DNA from: a virus
Taxonomy: Duplodnaviria > Caudoviricetes
Reading direction: 5' to 3' (one strand)
Length of the DNA: 64,000 nt
Virus record (IMG/VR): IMGVR_UViG_2924263452_000001
Coordinates: 1-64,000 of that record
Shown here: piece by piece, positions 1-9,679 of the stretch
Numbering within the stretch: position 1 is the stretch's first letter
How the letters are laid out: each line of letters starts with the position of its first letter
The notes under the pieces: model-generated
The model's database searches: none
Told to the model about the DNA's origin: nothing
What the model saw: only the letters and a program-made list of their open reading frames with translations
Translations under genes and position numbers: made by a program

Positions 1-265
1 TGAGATAATACACAGCTGGAATTTAGTTTTTCATTTAAGTAAATACTTAAGTTGATCTGTCACAATATATTACCACCTATTTTGAGTATAATACACTTAA
101 GATTCTATACAACATACAGCAGACTAACACATGGATGGATATGAGTTCGAATATCAGTGTGCAAAAATACCCTGATTCCCACCTGTGTGTATCTGCCGCA
201 TGCAGGATGGTTACAACTACAGATACGTAAACCTTAAACAAAAGAATACCGCTGTGTAATATAAC

Positions 266-309
266 AAAAAAGACCCTGAAGAACTGTATTTCTACAATTC
301 TCCAAGGTC
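266..309 (-). terminator. Intrinsic terminator downstream of the integrase and the displaced ppdK tail
   Basis: Imperfect hairpin GACCCTGAAGAACTGTA-TTTC-TACAATTCTCCAAGGTC with a T-run on the minus strand. Confidence 0.7.
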
Positions 310-391
310 AAATTTTACGTTTGGACACTTTAGGGCTGGTTGGCTATTTTACCTCTTTAGAGGATATTTCGCTTTGCCCCTTAACATTATG

Positions 392-2113
392 TTAATTATG
401 CATTCTTCTCAGCGATAGCTGCCTGTGCTGCGGTGAACAAAATGCGGAAACTTTTGCCCCTCTTTTTCGTTTCCCATCAACTAAACACCCCATAGGACTT
501 TCTTCTGGATTAAACCGCAAATACCAATCGAATCCATCTTTTCTTGCAATTATTTTTTCCACAAAAGCTTCAATTACTGACTCTGGTATGTCTGCATCGC
601 TATCAAAGTTAGTGTATTGATCCAAAGCATATTTTAAAATAGTTATCTTTTCTTTTGAAGTAACTTCGTCAATCTCACTTTCAATTTCACTTGGTTCTAA
701 TTCCGCAAGTTCTTTTTTTAACTGAGAGATGCTGTTTTCTGTGCTTTCCTTCTTTAATATGAAGATATCTCTTGCAAGTTCTCCATCAGCACGCATTTCA
801 ATTAAGTTGTCAAGTCGTTTCAGGAGTTTCTGTAATTCTTCTTTTTTCTGATTAATTATATCTGTATTGTCGCATACTTCCTCTTCATCGTCAATATGCT
901 TCTCTAACATAGATTCAGCCAGCGATAAAACTTGATCCGTGTCAGAAAGATAATTCTTAAAAATATACTTAGCCATCATCTGCAGTTTCCATCCGGCAAT
1001 CATTGGAGTTTGGCATATACCATCAATCGGCAATCCCTTATTCAGTCTAGTTCTTACTGTTCCGGTTCTAATGGAACTATAGCACTGATACCCATATTGT
1101 TTTCCCTCTGTCGTATTGTGCCACATTTTACGGTTGAATTTATGCCCGCATTCGCATTCAAGCAGTTTCACCCACACATCGCTAGGTGGTTTTTCGCCAT
1201 ACATACGTTGACCGGAAGTGTCTACTGATAAAGTTTTTCTGCGACTATTTATCCTTTTTTGTGCTTGGTCGTATTCTTCTTCTGTGATAATCGGTTTATG
1301 ATTTCCTCTTACCTGTGTAAATTCCATATCACCAAAATTGCGTATTTTCTTTTGTTCCAAGAAATCTGGTGTAAATTCCTTATGATATGTAATAATGCCA
1401 CAATAAAAAGAATTGCGTAGTATTTTAGAGATATTACTTACATGCCAATTTGATTTCCCCATAGCAGTTAAACGCCCGGCTTTTTCCAGCTCAAACTGAA
1501 TTTTTCGCATTCCCCAACCGTCCAAATACCAATCAAAAATCATTCTGACAGTTTTCGCCTGTTCCGGATTTATAACCATATCTTTACCGACACGATCATA
1601 TCCAAGTATGTTGCCATTTCCATAGAAAACTCCATTTTCCATAGAAGTCTGCTGCCCGGATTTTACACGAACTGATGTTTTGCGGCTCTCATCTTGTGCC
1701 AAAGTTGCCATTATAGTTAAGCGTAGTTCTCCATCACCATCAAAAGTTTTAATGTTATCATTCAGGAAAAATACTTCTACACCTTTGCTTTTTAGTTCTC
1801 TTGTATATTGAAGCGTATCAACAGTGTTTCGGGCAAAACGTGATACTTCTCTGGTTAGTATAAGGTCAAAATTGCCACTTGACGCGTCTTGGATCATCTG
1901 CATAAATTGAGGTCTTTTCTTCGCAGAAGTCCCAGTAATACCTTCATCTACATACATTTTTACAATGTCCCACTCAGGATGTTGTTGTAAAATTGGTTTG
2001 TACCAGTCTTTTTGGTTTTCAAGTGCTGATAATTGTGCTTCGTGTTCAGTTGAAACACGCGCATAAATTACAACTTTTCGGCTGGTTGGTTTTTGATTGT
2101 AAATATCATACAT
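392..2113 (-). CDS. Large serine recombinase (phage integrase)
   Basis: YARVST catalytic motif, SRFARN, recombinase domain, CECG zinc ribbon, coiled coil. Confidence 0.95.
   Translation of the reverse strand: MYDIYNQKPTSRKVVIYARVSTEHEAQLSALENQKDWYKPILQQHPEWDIVKMYVDEGITGTSAKKRPQFMQMIQDASSGNFDLILTREVSRFARNTVDTLQYTRELKSKGVEVFFLNDNIKTFDGDGELRLTIMATLAQDESRKTSVRVKSGQQTSMENGVFYGNGNILGYDRVGKDMVINPEQAKTVRMIFDWYLDGWGMRKIQFELEKAGRLTAMGKSNWHVSNISKILRNSFYCGIITYHKEFTPDFLEQKKIRNFGDMEFTQVRGNHKPIITEEEYDQAQKRINSRRKTLSVDTSGQRMYGEKPPSDVWVKLLECECGHKFNRKMWHNTTEGKQYGYQCYSSIRTGTVRTRLNKGLPIDGICQTPMIAGWKLQMMAKYIFKNYLSDTDQVLSLAESMLEKHIDDEEEVCDNTDIINQKKEELQKLLKRLDNLIEMRADGELARDIFILKKESTENSISQLKKELAELEPSEIESEIDEVTSKEKITILKYALDQYTNFDSDADIPESVIEAFVEKIIARKDGFDWYLRFNPEESPMGCLVDGKRKRGAKVSAFCSPQHRQLSLRRMHN
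396..434 (-). other. Probable prophage att junction; displaced 3' end of host pyruvate phosphate dikinase
   Basis: An alternative minus frame reads AAQAAIAEKNA* (396-431), like the PPDK C-terminus (RLAAAQAA...). The similarity stops abruptly at about 432. Confidence 0.6.
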
Positions 2114-2158
2114 TTATTTTTATTCCTCATAATAATACGATGTTTGTTAATAGATGTA

Positions 2159-2323
2159 TCAAGTATAGCATTTAAACTCAGATAAATCAACAACATCTTT
2201 ATAGTCATCTAGGATATTTCTAAATACATGATATTTTATTTTCCCATCAATAAACAATGCTTCTATTAGTTTCAATGCGGCGAATATTTTATTATATTCA
2301 TTTTTATCAATTTCTTTTTCCAT
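2159..2323 (-). CDS. 54-aa protein upstream of the integrase; candidate recombination directionality factor
   Basis: Not in the ORF track; AAAGGA RBS; MEKEIDKNEYNKIFAALKLIEALFIDGKIKYHVFRNILDDYKDVVDLSEFKCYT. Confidence 0.55.
   Translation of the reverse strand: MEKEIDKNEYNKIFAALKLIEALFIDGKIKYHVFRNILDDYKDVVDLSEFKCYT
2162..2190 (-). promoter_or_regulatory. sigmaA-like promoter for the integrase
   Basis: TTGATT-N17-TATACT with TG extension. Confidence 0.55.
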
Positions 2324-2337
2324 ATTTTATGTCCTTT

Positions 2338-2367
2338 ATAAAAAAGGGTAACTATTTCAGTTACCCA
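2338..2367 (-). terminator. Intrinsic terminator after dut
   Basis: GGGTAACT-GAAAT-AGTTACCC followed by a T-run. Confidence 0.8.
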
Positions 2368-2376
2368 AATTTAATA

Positions 2377-2934
2377 TTATTTTGTTGTGCTTCCGAAACC
2401 GCCAGTTCTGATACCATCTGCATCATCATCTTCTGTTATACCGTATTCTACAAAAATTCCCTGCATGAACCCTTTACCACTCTCGATTTCTATGGTCTTT
2501 CCTTCGTTAGTGTCATTTGTAATTTTCGCCATAATATGTCCTTCGTTATCAGCACCGAAATAATCACTATCAATGATACCTACTGTATTGTTGAGCTGCA
2601 TACGATATTTAAAGCCCAGCCCACTTCTAGGATAACATTTTAATACCCAATCATTGTCGATACGGCAACGAATACCAGTAGGAATCTTTACAGTCTGTCC
2701 AGGGGCAATTTTAATTTTAACTGGTGCAAAGAAATCATATCCTGCCGAACCAATAGTCCCACGTTTCGGCAACTTAATTGAGTCGTAGATTTTGCGAACT
2801 CCTGTTTCAAAACCGCTTTCATCTAAAACAACTCCAAAATCTGTAATTATTACATTTTTATTAAAACAATCAAAGAAATCTTTCTTAAACTGTTCGTATG
2901 AAACCTTGTGAAATTTTGCTACAACTTTTGCCAT
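2377..2934 (-). CDS. dut: Trimeric dUTPase
   Basis: SAGYDF, PRSG, GIIDSDY and C-terminal RTGGFGST motifs. Confidence 0.93.
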   Translation of the reverse strand: MAKVVAKFHKVSYEQFKKDFFDCFNKNVIITDFGVVLDESGFETGVRKIYDSIKLPKRGTIGSAGYDFFAPVKIKIAPGQTVKIPTGIRCRIDNDWVLKCYPRSGLGFKYRMQLNNTVGIIDSDYFGADNEGHIMAKITNDTNEGKTIEIESGKGFMQGIFVEYGITEDDDADGIRTGGFGSTTK

Positions 2935-2940
2935 TTGTAT

Positions 2941-3474
2941 TTATCCTTTCTTATTCCATAATACTGTTCTATTATCATTTATGCTTTTTTGTACATCTAT
3001 AATTCGCTGGTTTTTACTTCCACGAAACTGCAATCTCAAATCTTTTTCTTCTATCTTAAATTCTCCATCAACTAAGACATTGCATAATTCTAATATCTTT
3101 AAATATGTAGGATTTTGAATTATCGCTTCATATGTATATCCTGTATATATCCAAAGTTGCTTGCCTGGATATAAAGATTTGAATTTTTTGCATAAATAAT
3201 ATGTAAACTCCACGTTATCAAGTGGATCTCCACCAGATAATGTGAACCTCGAAATTGACGGTTTTGATAATATGTCAAATAAGTAATCAAATGTATTTTG
3301 TGTAAATGGGAATCCTCCACATTTATTCCATGTTGATTGATTGTGACATCCTTTGCAATGATGGGAGCAGCCTTGCACAAACAAAGTTACTCCTACACCA
3401 TTACCATTATTTACGTCAAAATTATCAATTCCGGCATATCTGAAGTCGGTTTGTTCACCGTTAATGAGGTTCAT
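2941..3474 (-). CDS. nrdG: Anaerobic RNR activating protein (radical SAM)
   Basis: CSHHCKGC, SGGDP, FRGSKNQR; adjacent to nrdD. Confidence 0.95.
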   Translation of the reverse strand: MNLINGEQTDFRYAGIDNFDVNNGNGVGVTLFVQGCSHHCKGCHNQSTWNKCGGFPFTQNTFDYLFDILSKPSISRFTLSGGDPLDNVEFTYYLCKKFKSLYPGKQLWIYTGYTYEAIIQNPTYLKILELCNVLVDGEFKIEEKDLRLQFRGSKNQRIIDVQKSINDNRTVLWNKKG

Positions 3475-5815
3475 TCCTCTTAACTTTTTTCTCCAGATTA
3501 TTATTAAAGTGTTTCACTCTGAAATCAACTTCCTGCTGTTTGCCCTCGTTGAATGCTTCAGTATAGTCCCCGGTAAGATATCCGGTCACACGTCTTAATC
3601 TTCTGATCTTTTTACATCCGCACATAGGACACGCTTCTCCGATTTCATCTGTATACCCACAATTAGTACACATATCATTCGGAACATTTACTGCGAAGTA
3701 CGGAATATCTTTATCCATTGCATAGTTGACAATTTCTTCAAGTGCATCAATATTGTTTTTAATGCTTGACGCAAGCTCTACATATGTAATACAACCAGCA
3801 GAACTATATCCAGTAAGTTGCGATTCAATGTCAATTTTTTCAAATGGACTCATTTCTTCCCATACTGGCACATGCATTGAGTTTGTGAAGAATTTTTTAT
3901 CAGAGACATTTGGAATTTCTCCGTACTTTTCTTTGAATTTAGTCATAGCAGTAAAACATAAGTTTTCTGCCGGAGTATAATAAACCCCGAAGTTTAAACT
4001 ATATTCTTTTTTATACTCAGTACATCTGTCTTTGAATAACTGCTCAATTCCTTTTGCTAACATCATACCTTTTTCTGTTGTATGATTACAGCCAACAAGA
4101 ATCTGTAAAGTCTCAGCAAGACCAAGCTGCCCGATAGCAAGAGTTCCATGTTTCATGGCGGATTCGATGTTTTTACCATCGTAGCCCTCCATAGTATAAT
4201 TTTCATACATGAATTTTGCAGAATCTGGAGATTGTTTACATATCCATAAATATCTCTCAATCAGCATTTCTTTTGCTTCACCAATCTTTTCATCAAGATA
4301 ATCCATAAAGCAACTCACAAGTAGTCCTTCGTCAAAATCTTTGTTTCCAGTAAACAGTTTTTTATTTTTTAATTTTTCTTTTGTTTCCATTGCAAGAGTT
4401 GGCATAATGATTGTTACCGGGCAAATATTTCCACGTCCATCTTTTGTCTGACCAAATCCGTTAATATCCCAACCATTTGCAGTTCTGCAACCCATCGTTG
4501 AGAAATATGTCTTTGGATCATTTGGATCATATCCTTCATTTCCAGACCAATCACAATTTGCATAATTAGGATAAAGCCTCTGAGCTGTTGACCTGAGTGC
4601 CAATCTGTACAAATCATAATTAGGATCTCCTGGTTTTCTGTTTACGCCTTTCATTAACTGGAAAATTCCACATGGGAAAATACTTGTTTTATGTAATTTT
4701 CCAATTCCTGATATTGATACGTCTAATAACGCTTTAATTACCATTCTTCCTTCTGGTTCTGTACATGTACCATAGTTAATAGAAGTAAATGGCAACTGAT
4801 TTCCAGACCTTGACTGCAAAGTATTAAGATTGTGATATAAAGCTTCAACCGCTTGCTTTGTTTCGAGGATTGTATCATACATTGCTGATTGATAAAGTAA
4901 CGGATCAAGCTTTTCTTTATTTGCGAAAAAGAAATCTTCTTCTTTTAATCCAGTTTCTTCATAAAATCTTTCTTTGTTTGTGTCAATCCAATCTTCAAAT
5001 CGGTTTCGTACAATTCCAATTTCATCTTCATAACTGTCAAATAACATCCCCATAAGGTCTATTTGAGAAAATGCTGCTGTGTTTTTTAAATATGCTACAA
5101 TGTAATGTTTTCTGAAAGATTTTTTTACATATGGTATTAACGTCCAGTCAATATGCGTTGCAGAAACGCCACCAAACTGCTGTAAAGATTGTAGCTGGAA
5201 TATTACTGCGATTAATTGTCCCGCAGTATTTACAGACTGAGCAGGACGAACATCTGTCTGTCTTGTGTTAAATCCATTTGCAAGTAATTTGTCGAATGGT
5301 ATGCTCAAACAGTTATGCATACCTGCTGCGTAACTATCAAGGTCGTGGATATATATTCTATTGCTCAAATGATTTGTCCTTGACATTTCCGACATATATT
5401 CATCTAAAGCAATTTGCTTCATCACTTCACTGTTAACTGCGCCCACACGTCCACCGAATGACTTTCCATCAACATTTGCATTCTGTCTATCATCATTCTG
5501 CGAATTTAAAGTATTTCTTGCTTTTATTCGAATAGGGCTTTTCATTTCCCTTATCCTTGATCTGTCGTTTCTATAAATGATATATTTTCTAGCAACGTCC
5601 ATATCAAATTGTGCGATTTTTTCTTCAACAAGATCCTGAATTTCTTCCACTCCAAGATCTCTCTGAATTTCACTAATACTTGTGGAAATACGTTCTGCTA
5701 TTTCTTTAGCACGTTCTGTTTCCTCACCATCTACTTCATAGAATGCCTTTAATACTGCATTCTGAATTTTTTCGGGTTTAAAAACCTCTGATCTACCATC
5801 TCTCTTGTAAACCAA
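3461..5815 (-). CDS. nrdD: Class III ribonucleoside-triphosphate reductase with ATP cone
   Basis: N-terminal KRDG ATP cone, IHDLD, MGCR, RRVTGY glycyl radical loop. Confidence 0.96.
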   Translation of the reverse strand: MVYKRDGRSEVFKPEKIQNAVLKAFYEVDGEETERAKEIAERISTSISEIQRDLGVEEIQDLVEEKIAQFDMDVARKYIIYRNDRSRIREMKSPIRIKARNTLNSQNDDRQNANVDGKSFGGRVGAVNSEVMKQIALDEYMSEMSRTNHLSNRIYIHDLDSYAAGMHNCLSIPFDKLLANGFNTRQTDVRPAQSVNTAGQLIAVIFQLQSLQQFGGVSATHIDWTLIPYVKKSFRKHYIVAYLKNTAAFSQIDLMGMLFDSYEDEIGIVRNRFEDWIDTNKERFYEETGLKEEDFFFANKEKLDPLLYQSAMYDTILETKQAVEALYHNLNTLQSRSGNQLPFTSINYGTCTEPEGRMVIKALLDVSISGIGKLHKTSIFPCGIFQLMKGVNRKPGDPNYDLYRLALRSTAQRLYPNYANCDWSGNEGYDPNDPKTYFSTMGCRTANGWDINGFGQTKDGRGNICPVTIIMPTLAMETKEKLKNKKLFTGNKDFDEGLLVSCFMDYLDEKIGEAKEMLIERYLWICKQSPDSAKFMYENYTMEGYDGKNIESAMKHGTLAIGQLGLAETLQILVGCNHTTEKGMMLAKGIEQLFKDRCTEYKKEYSLNFGVYYTPAENLCFTAMTKFKEKYGEIPNVSDKKFFTNSMHVPVWEEMSPFEKIDIESQLTGYSSAGCITYVELASSIKNNIDALEEIVNYAMDKDIPYFAVNVPNDMCTNCGYTDEIGEACPMCGCKKIRRLRRVTGYLTGDYTEAFNEGKQQEVDFRVKHFNNNLEKKVKRNEPH

Positions 5816-6925
5816 TCAATCTTCCTCCAGTTTACTTATTAATTCGTATATTTCTTCCCATCCATGAACACGGAAAGTTTTTGTGCCATCTTCTCGAACA
5901 TCTCTATTCCAAGGTTTATCGAATATAATGTTATATTTAACTGGTGCATTTTTAGAGTGTTCAAAAACGAAATTATCCAAGCAATCGTCAATAAGCACAT
6001 CACCATGAATAAGACGTTTATCGCGGCTTGTAATCAACATACTGCTGTCATATCCAGGAAAGATACACTTCAACCATTCATCTTTTGCTTTCACATGGTC
6101 TGGATAGGTTGATGTAACAAAATAAAAATCTGACGTTTCCATCAGTTTTTCAATTATTTCCTTTGCTTTTGGTTGAGCGTTTAACGATGCAAGAAATTCA
6201 TTAGTACAAAATTCTGCAAAGATATTTTTACATTCTGGCTTTAAGAAATCCTGTATATACCAACTTGTAATATCTTCAATTGTTAAATTATCATTGTATT
6301 TTTTATTGTACTCAATTAGAATCTTTTGTATTAAGTTGTTCGCCACTTCATCAATGTCGCATAATATTGTCATTTGTTTATTTCTTTTTTCTTCCCTATA
6401 CTTTTGATATGCATAATTTATATATTTAGCAATAGCTTCTGCGTCAAAAGTATAACTGAAATTTTCAATGATATAATTTGCTTCATCTTCGATACCGTCA
6501 AATTGACCAACATCACTTGCATCTCTTCTTTTTGCCTCTTCGATATTGTCACCTCGCTGCAATATCTTTATAAGTCGTTCTTTCCTTGGAACTTTGATGT
6601 ATACGCAAAATACATCTATGCCAGGCTTATTTTTAAGTTGCCGCATTCCATGAGGCGTTAATACTGCTACCTTATCATTTGTGCAATCTTCTACGGCAGT
6701 TCCATAAAACCAACCATTATACTCACCTATTTCTGCAAAAAATCCCATTTTACGTTTTTCTGCAAAATCTTCCATTGATATAAAGTGATAATCTACTCCA
6801 TCCTCTTCTCCATCTCTAGGAAGTCTTGTTGTATATGAAACTATTTTTTTATAGCCATACAATGCACATAAACATTTCTCAGTAGTAGATTTTCCGCTTG
6901 CGCTTTCACCTACAATTACTAACAT
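5816..6925 (-). CDS. Guanylate kinase fused to a 5'(3')-deoxyribonucleotidase (HAD)
   Basis: GESASGKS, TTR...GEEDGVDYHF; C-terminal DIDEV and LIDD motifs. Confidence 0.85.
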   Translation of the reverse strand: MLVIVGESASGKSTTEKCLCALYGYKKIVSYTTRLPRDGEEDGVDYHFISMEDFAEKRKMGFFAEIGEYNGWFYGTAVEDCTNDKVAVLTPHGMRQLKNKPGIDVFCVYIKVPRKERLIKILQRGDNIEEAKRRDASDVGQFDGIEDEANYIIENFSYTFDAEAIAKYINYAYQKYREEKRNKQMTILCDIDEVANNLIQKILIEYNKKYNDNLTIEDITSWYIQDFLKPECKNIFAEFCTNEFLASLNAQPKAKEIIEKLMETSDFYFVTSTYPDHVKAKDEWLKCIFPGYDSSMLITSRDKRLIHGDVLIDDCLDNFVFEHSKNAPVKYNIIFDKPWNRDVREDGTKTFRVHGWEEIYELISKLEED

Positions 6926-7435
6926 TTAGTTTCTCCTTTTATATGTAACAAACTGATATATTGGATAATCGTATAATGAATAAGTTTCATCGTCCATTTC
7001 CATTACTTCAGTTATTTTCCATTCATTTCTGAGCTTATCCAGATTAGTGAAAAATGTATCAGCAGTATATCTACTATATATTTTTGTTGCGTATACAGTA
7101 TCGCAATACGGCAGCAGTAATTTATATATTTCACCGCCACCAATAATAAATACCTTTTCTTCTTTGGTTGTAGATTTAATAATCTGAATAGCTTCTTCTA
7201 AAGTTATAACATGAGAATTTTCACCAACCGAAAAAGAATTTCTACTTATTATATAGTTTGTTCTATTTGGAAGTGGCTTTATTGGTAAGCTATCCCATGT
7301 TTTTCTTCCCATTATAACTATCGAATCTTTTGTTTTTTCTCGAAAGAATTTCTTATCTTCTGGGATATCGACTAGCAAATCTCTGTTATATCCAATACCC
7401 CAGTTAATATCAACCGCTACTATTGCTGCTACCAT
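6926..7435 (-). CDS. folA: Dihydrofolate reductase
   Basis: MGRKTWDSLP, PLPNR, IIGGGEIY. Confidence 0.95.
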   Translation of the reverse strand: MVAAIVAVDINWGIGYNRDLLVDIPEDKKFFREKTKDSIVIMGRKTWDSLPIKPLPNRTNYIISRNSFSVGENSHVITLEEAIQIIKSTTKEEKVFIIGGGEIYKLLLPYCDTVYATKIYSRYTADTFFTNLDKLRNEWKITEVMEMDDETYSLYDYPIYQFVTYKRRN

Positions 7436-7443
7436 ACTTTCTC

Positions 7444-8289
7444 CTAAATCCCTAATTCAAGTGATATTTGTGGAGATACCGGATTGTAGTCAACAATAGT
7501 AAAATCATCAATATCCATATTATAGAAATCTTTTTTATCTGGGTTTAAAATTAGTCGTGGCATAATACCCGCATCTTTTACAGATTCCACTCTTGAAAGT
7601 AGTTCTTTTGCCTGTTCAACGTGTCGATCATAAATTTGTTCGTTGGCAACAAAATGAGTAAAGATTCCAGGCTCATATCCAGTATGTCTTGCTACCATCA
7701 TAAGTAAAGCTGCATACTGAACTTCATTAATTCCTCCTGCTCCGCTTGCAGCAAGTAAATCTCCGGATCTCTGATTTAAAAACATATTCAACTTGTTTCC
7801 AGTGACACTCCAAATTGTTTCGTATGCACAAGGTTTCAATCCTTTTGGACGGTCTTTAAACTCTTCCTCCTGCCATAAGTTACAAATATGATATCTTCCA
7901 TATGGATCATTTTTAATATCATCCAGAACACGTTTTCTAAACATATCATATCTATCAACAGTATGACCATATCTGTATGAAATAGTTCCATCCCCAACGT
8001 CCCAGTCGTTCCAGTAATGAACTCCCATTTCATTTAAAACAGATAAATCATTTGACTGTTTCTGGAAAATCCACAGAATTTCTTTAATCGCACTTTTCCA
8101 TGCAATTTTTCTTAATGTGAGAATCGGGAACTCACCTTTGCTCAGATCATACTGTCTTATTTGATGCAGTATAAACTTTGTATGTGCTGGAGTTCCATCT
8201 GCATATTTTGGTCGTGGGTTTTCATCAAGATATCCATTACGTAAAATATCTTCAATTTCCTTAACCATATAAATGTCGGCTTTAGTCAT
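7444..8289 (-). CDS. thyA: Thymidylate synthase
   Basis: LKPC, QRSGD, IYDRH. Confidence 0.93.
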   Translation of the reverse strand: MTKADIYMVKEIEDILRNGYLDENPRPKYADGTPAHTKFILHQIRQYDLSKGEFPILTLRKIAWKSAIKEILWIFQKQSNDLSVLNEMGVHYWNDWDVGDGTISYRYGHTVDRYDMFRKRVLDDIKNDPYGRYHICNLWQEEEFKDRPKGLKPCAYETIWSVTGNKLNMFLNQRSGDLLAASGAGGINEVQYAALLMMVARHTGYEPGIFTHFVANEQIYDRHVEQAKELLSRVESVKDAGIMPRLILNPDKKDFYNMDIDDFTIVDYNPVSPQISLELGI

Positions 8290-8532
8290 TTAATCCTCCA
8301 CAATAAATCTTTTAATCATATCTTTAATTTCTTCGCATTCATCTGCATTATCTGAATGTATTTTAAGACAAAGTGTTCTTGTTAAATCAATGCTAAAAAT
8401 ACCCATAATTGATTTTGCATCAATAATATATCTTCCAACAATTAAATCCATATCTGAAGGAATTTTGTTTGTAATTTTTACAAATTCTTTTACCTTTTCA
8501 ACAGAATCAAGTTTTATATTAAATTCGTTCAT
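8290..8532 (-). CDS. HPr-like protein
   Basis: IDAKSIMGIFS (HPr Ser46-like region); catalytic His not evident. Confidence 0.75.
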   Translation of the reverse strand: MNEFNIKLDSVEKVKEFVKITNKIPSDMDLIVGRYIIDAKSIMGIFSIDLTRTLCLKIHSDNADECEEIKDMIKRFIVED

Positions 8533-8744
8533 TATTCATCTTCCCATTCTTTCTCTCTTATCCCGTTTGCTTTTTTAGCACACTCATCCGAACAATATAT
8601 ACCGCCAGAATTATCAGTTGTATAATATTCGCCCTCATAAAGTTCTTCACCACAAATTTCACAAACTGATTTAACTTTATGAATGGCGTTCGGGCATCTC
8701 GGATGACACGGTATTTGTCTACATATTTCGCAAATTGCAATCAC
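8532..8744 (-). CDS. Small Cys-rich hypothetical protein
   Basis: Several CxxC motifs; translationally coupled to neighbours. Confidence 0.6.
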   Translation of the reverse strand: MIAICEICRQIPCHPRCPNAIHKVKSVCEICGEELYEGEYYTTDNSGGIYCSDECAKKANGIREKEWEDE

Positions 8745-8772
8745 CTTTTATAGCAAAAACATTTTATTTCTT

Positions 8773-9258
8773 TTATCTTATGAAAAACTCAAAAATCTTC
8801 ATTCCGAAGATAATCGCTTGACTTTTCATATTCTTACTTCCTTTGCTTTTCCCATCCCAAAATAAAATGAGAACTCCGAAAGTATCATCAGATGTAGCAT
8901 ATTCCGCCATTTGCCTATTCCTATTATGCCCCGCCAAAGCATTGTATCTTCCATGAGAGTTTTCCATTATTTTGCATGGAACGGCATTCAAGTTTTTCCA
9001 TTCTGCCGGAAACTCAACAAGTTTTAAGCCATAGTTGTTAGCAAATTTTACTGCTAGACTATCTGCTCCGCTAGCCATTCCACTTATGATTTCTATATTC
9101 TCTGGATTGATTTTATAGGATTTTTCCGATCTTCTGACTGTGAGTATATTATATTCCGGATAAGTTTTATTTAGCTCGAACAATTTTCTTATTACTACCT
9201 CTTCAAGTGTTTTGTAGTCATTAAAGAATCTTGATCCTGCTATAACAATTCTTACCAT
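8773..9258 (-). CDS. YspA/SLOG family protein (DUF2493-like)
   Basis: IAGSR, SGMASGAD, RNRQM, FWDGKSKGS. Confidence 0.8.
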   Translation of the reverse strand: MVRIVIAGSRFFNDYKTLEEVVIRKLFELNKTYPEYNILTVRRSEKSYKINPENIEIISGMASGADSLAVKFANNYGLKLVEFPAEWKNLNAVPCKIMENSHGRYNALAGHNRNRQMAEYATSDDTFGVLILFWDGKSKGSKNMKSQAIIFGMKIFEFFIR

Positions 9259-9285
9259 ATTTCCTCACTTTCTTTGTTCTCATTT

Positions 9286-9332
9286 ATTATATCACATTTT
9301 ATTTATTTGTCAATATTTATTTCGTTTTTCTT
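9286..9332 (-). promoter_or_regulatory. sigmaA-like promoter with the repeated upstream motif
   Basis: TTGACA...TGATATAAT preceded by AAGAAAAACGAAATAAA. Confidence 0.65.
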
Positions 9333-9663
9333 AGTGGCAATATTTTTCAAACACATTATTATAATGTTTGTTTTTTGTAAGTTTGCGAATAATACACATT
9401 GCAAGTCCTGTTTCTTTGTTAAATGCATCGCCTGCATGACATTTTGTTACAGTTTTTGTACCGTCTTTCCAGAATACAATAGTTGCCGGATCATTGAATA
9501 CAACATGGTCAATTTCTTCGTCAAGATTAATACTATTCCCACATGCTTTTGCCGCGTTGGTTGTATTGTTGCCGAAGATTTCATCTAAAATATCTATAAT
9601 CCCCATTAATACTCCAACTTCTACTTCATTTCCGTTTTCTACTTTCTTTTCACATTTACACAT
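9331..9663 (-). CDS. Phage hypothetical protein
   Basis: FNDPATIVFWKDGTKT motif typical of phage proteins. Confidence 0.65.
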   Translation of the reverse strand: MCKCEKKVENGNEVEVGVLMGIIDILDEIFGNNTTNAAKACGNSINLDEEIDHVVFNDPATIVFWKDGTKTVTKCHAGDAFNKETGLAMCIIRKLTKNKHYNNVFEKYCH

Positions 9664-9679
9664 AATTTTGTTCTCCTTT

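Noticed and set aside
131-175. MDGYEFEYQCAKI, resembling an Mrr-type endonuclease start
   Set aside because: Only 14 codons before a stop; too short to support a call
392-2113. Serine integrase as the invertase for the six segments
   Set aside because: The sites have short arms and a 6-bp matched spacer (tyrosine-recombinase style), unlike ~40-50 bp att sites with a 2-bp core; not formally excluded
3461-5815. Intron or intein in nrdD (also considered for thyA, dnaE and dnaB)
   Set aside because: The ORFs are continuous and show no splicing motifs or homing-endonuclease inserts
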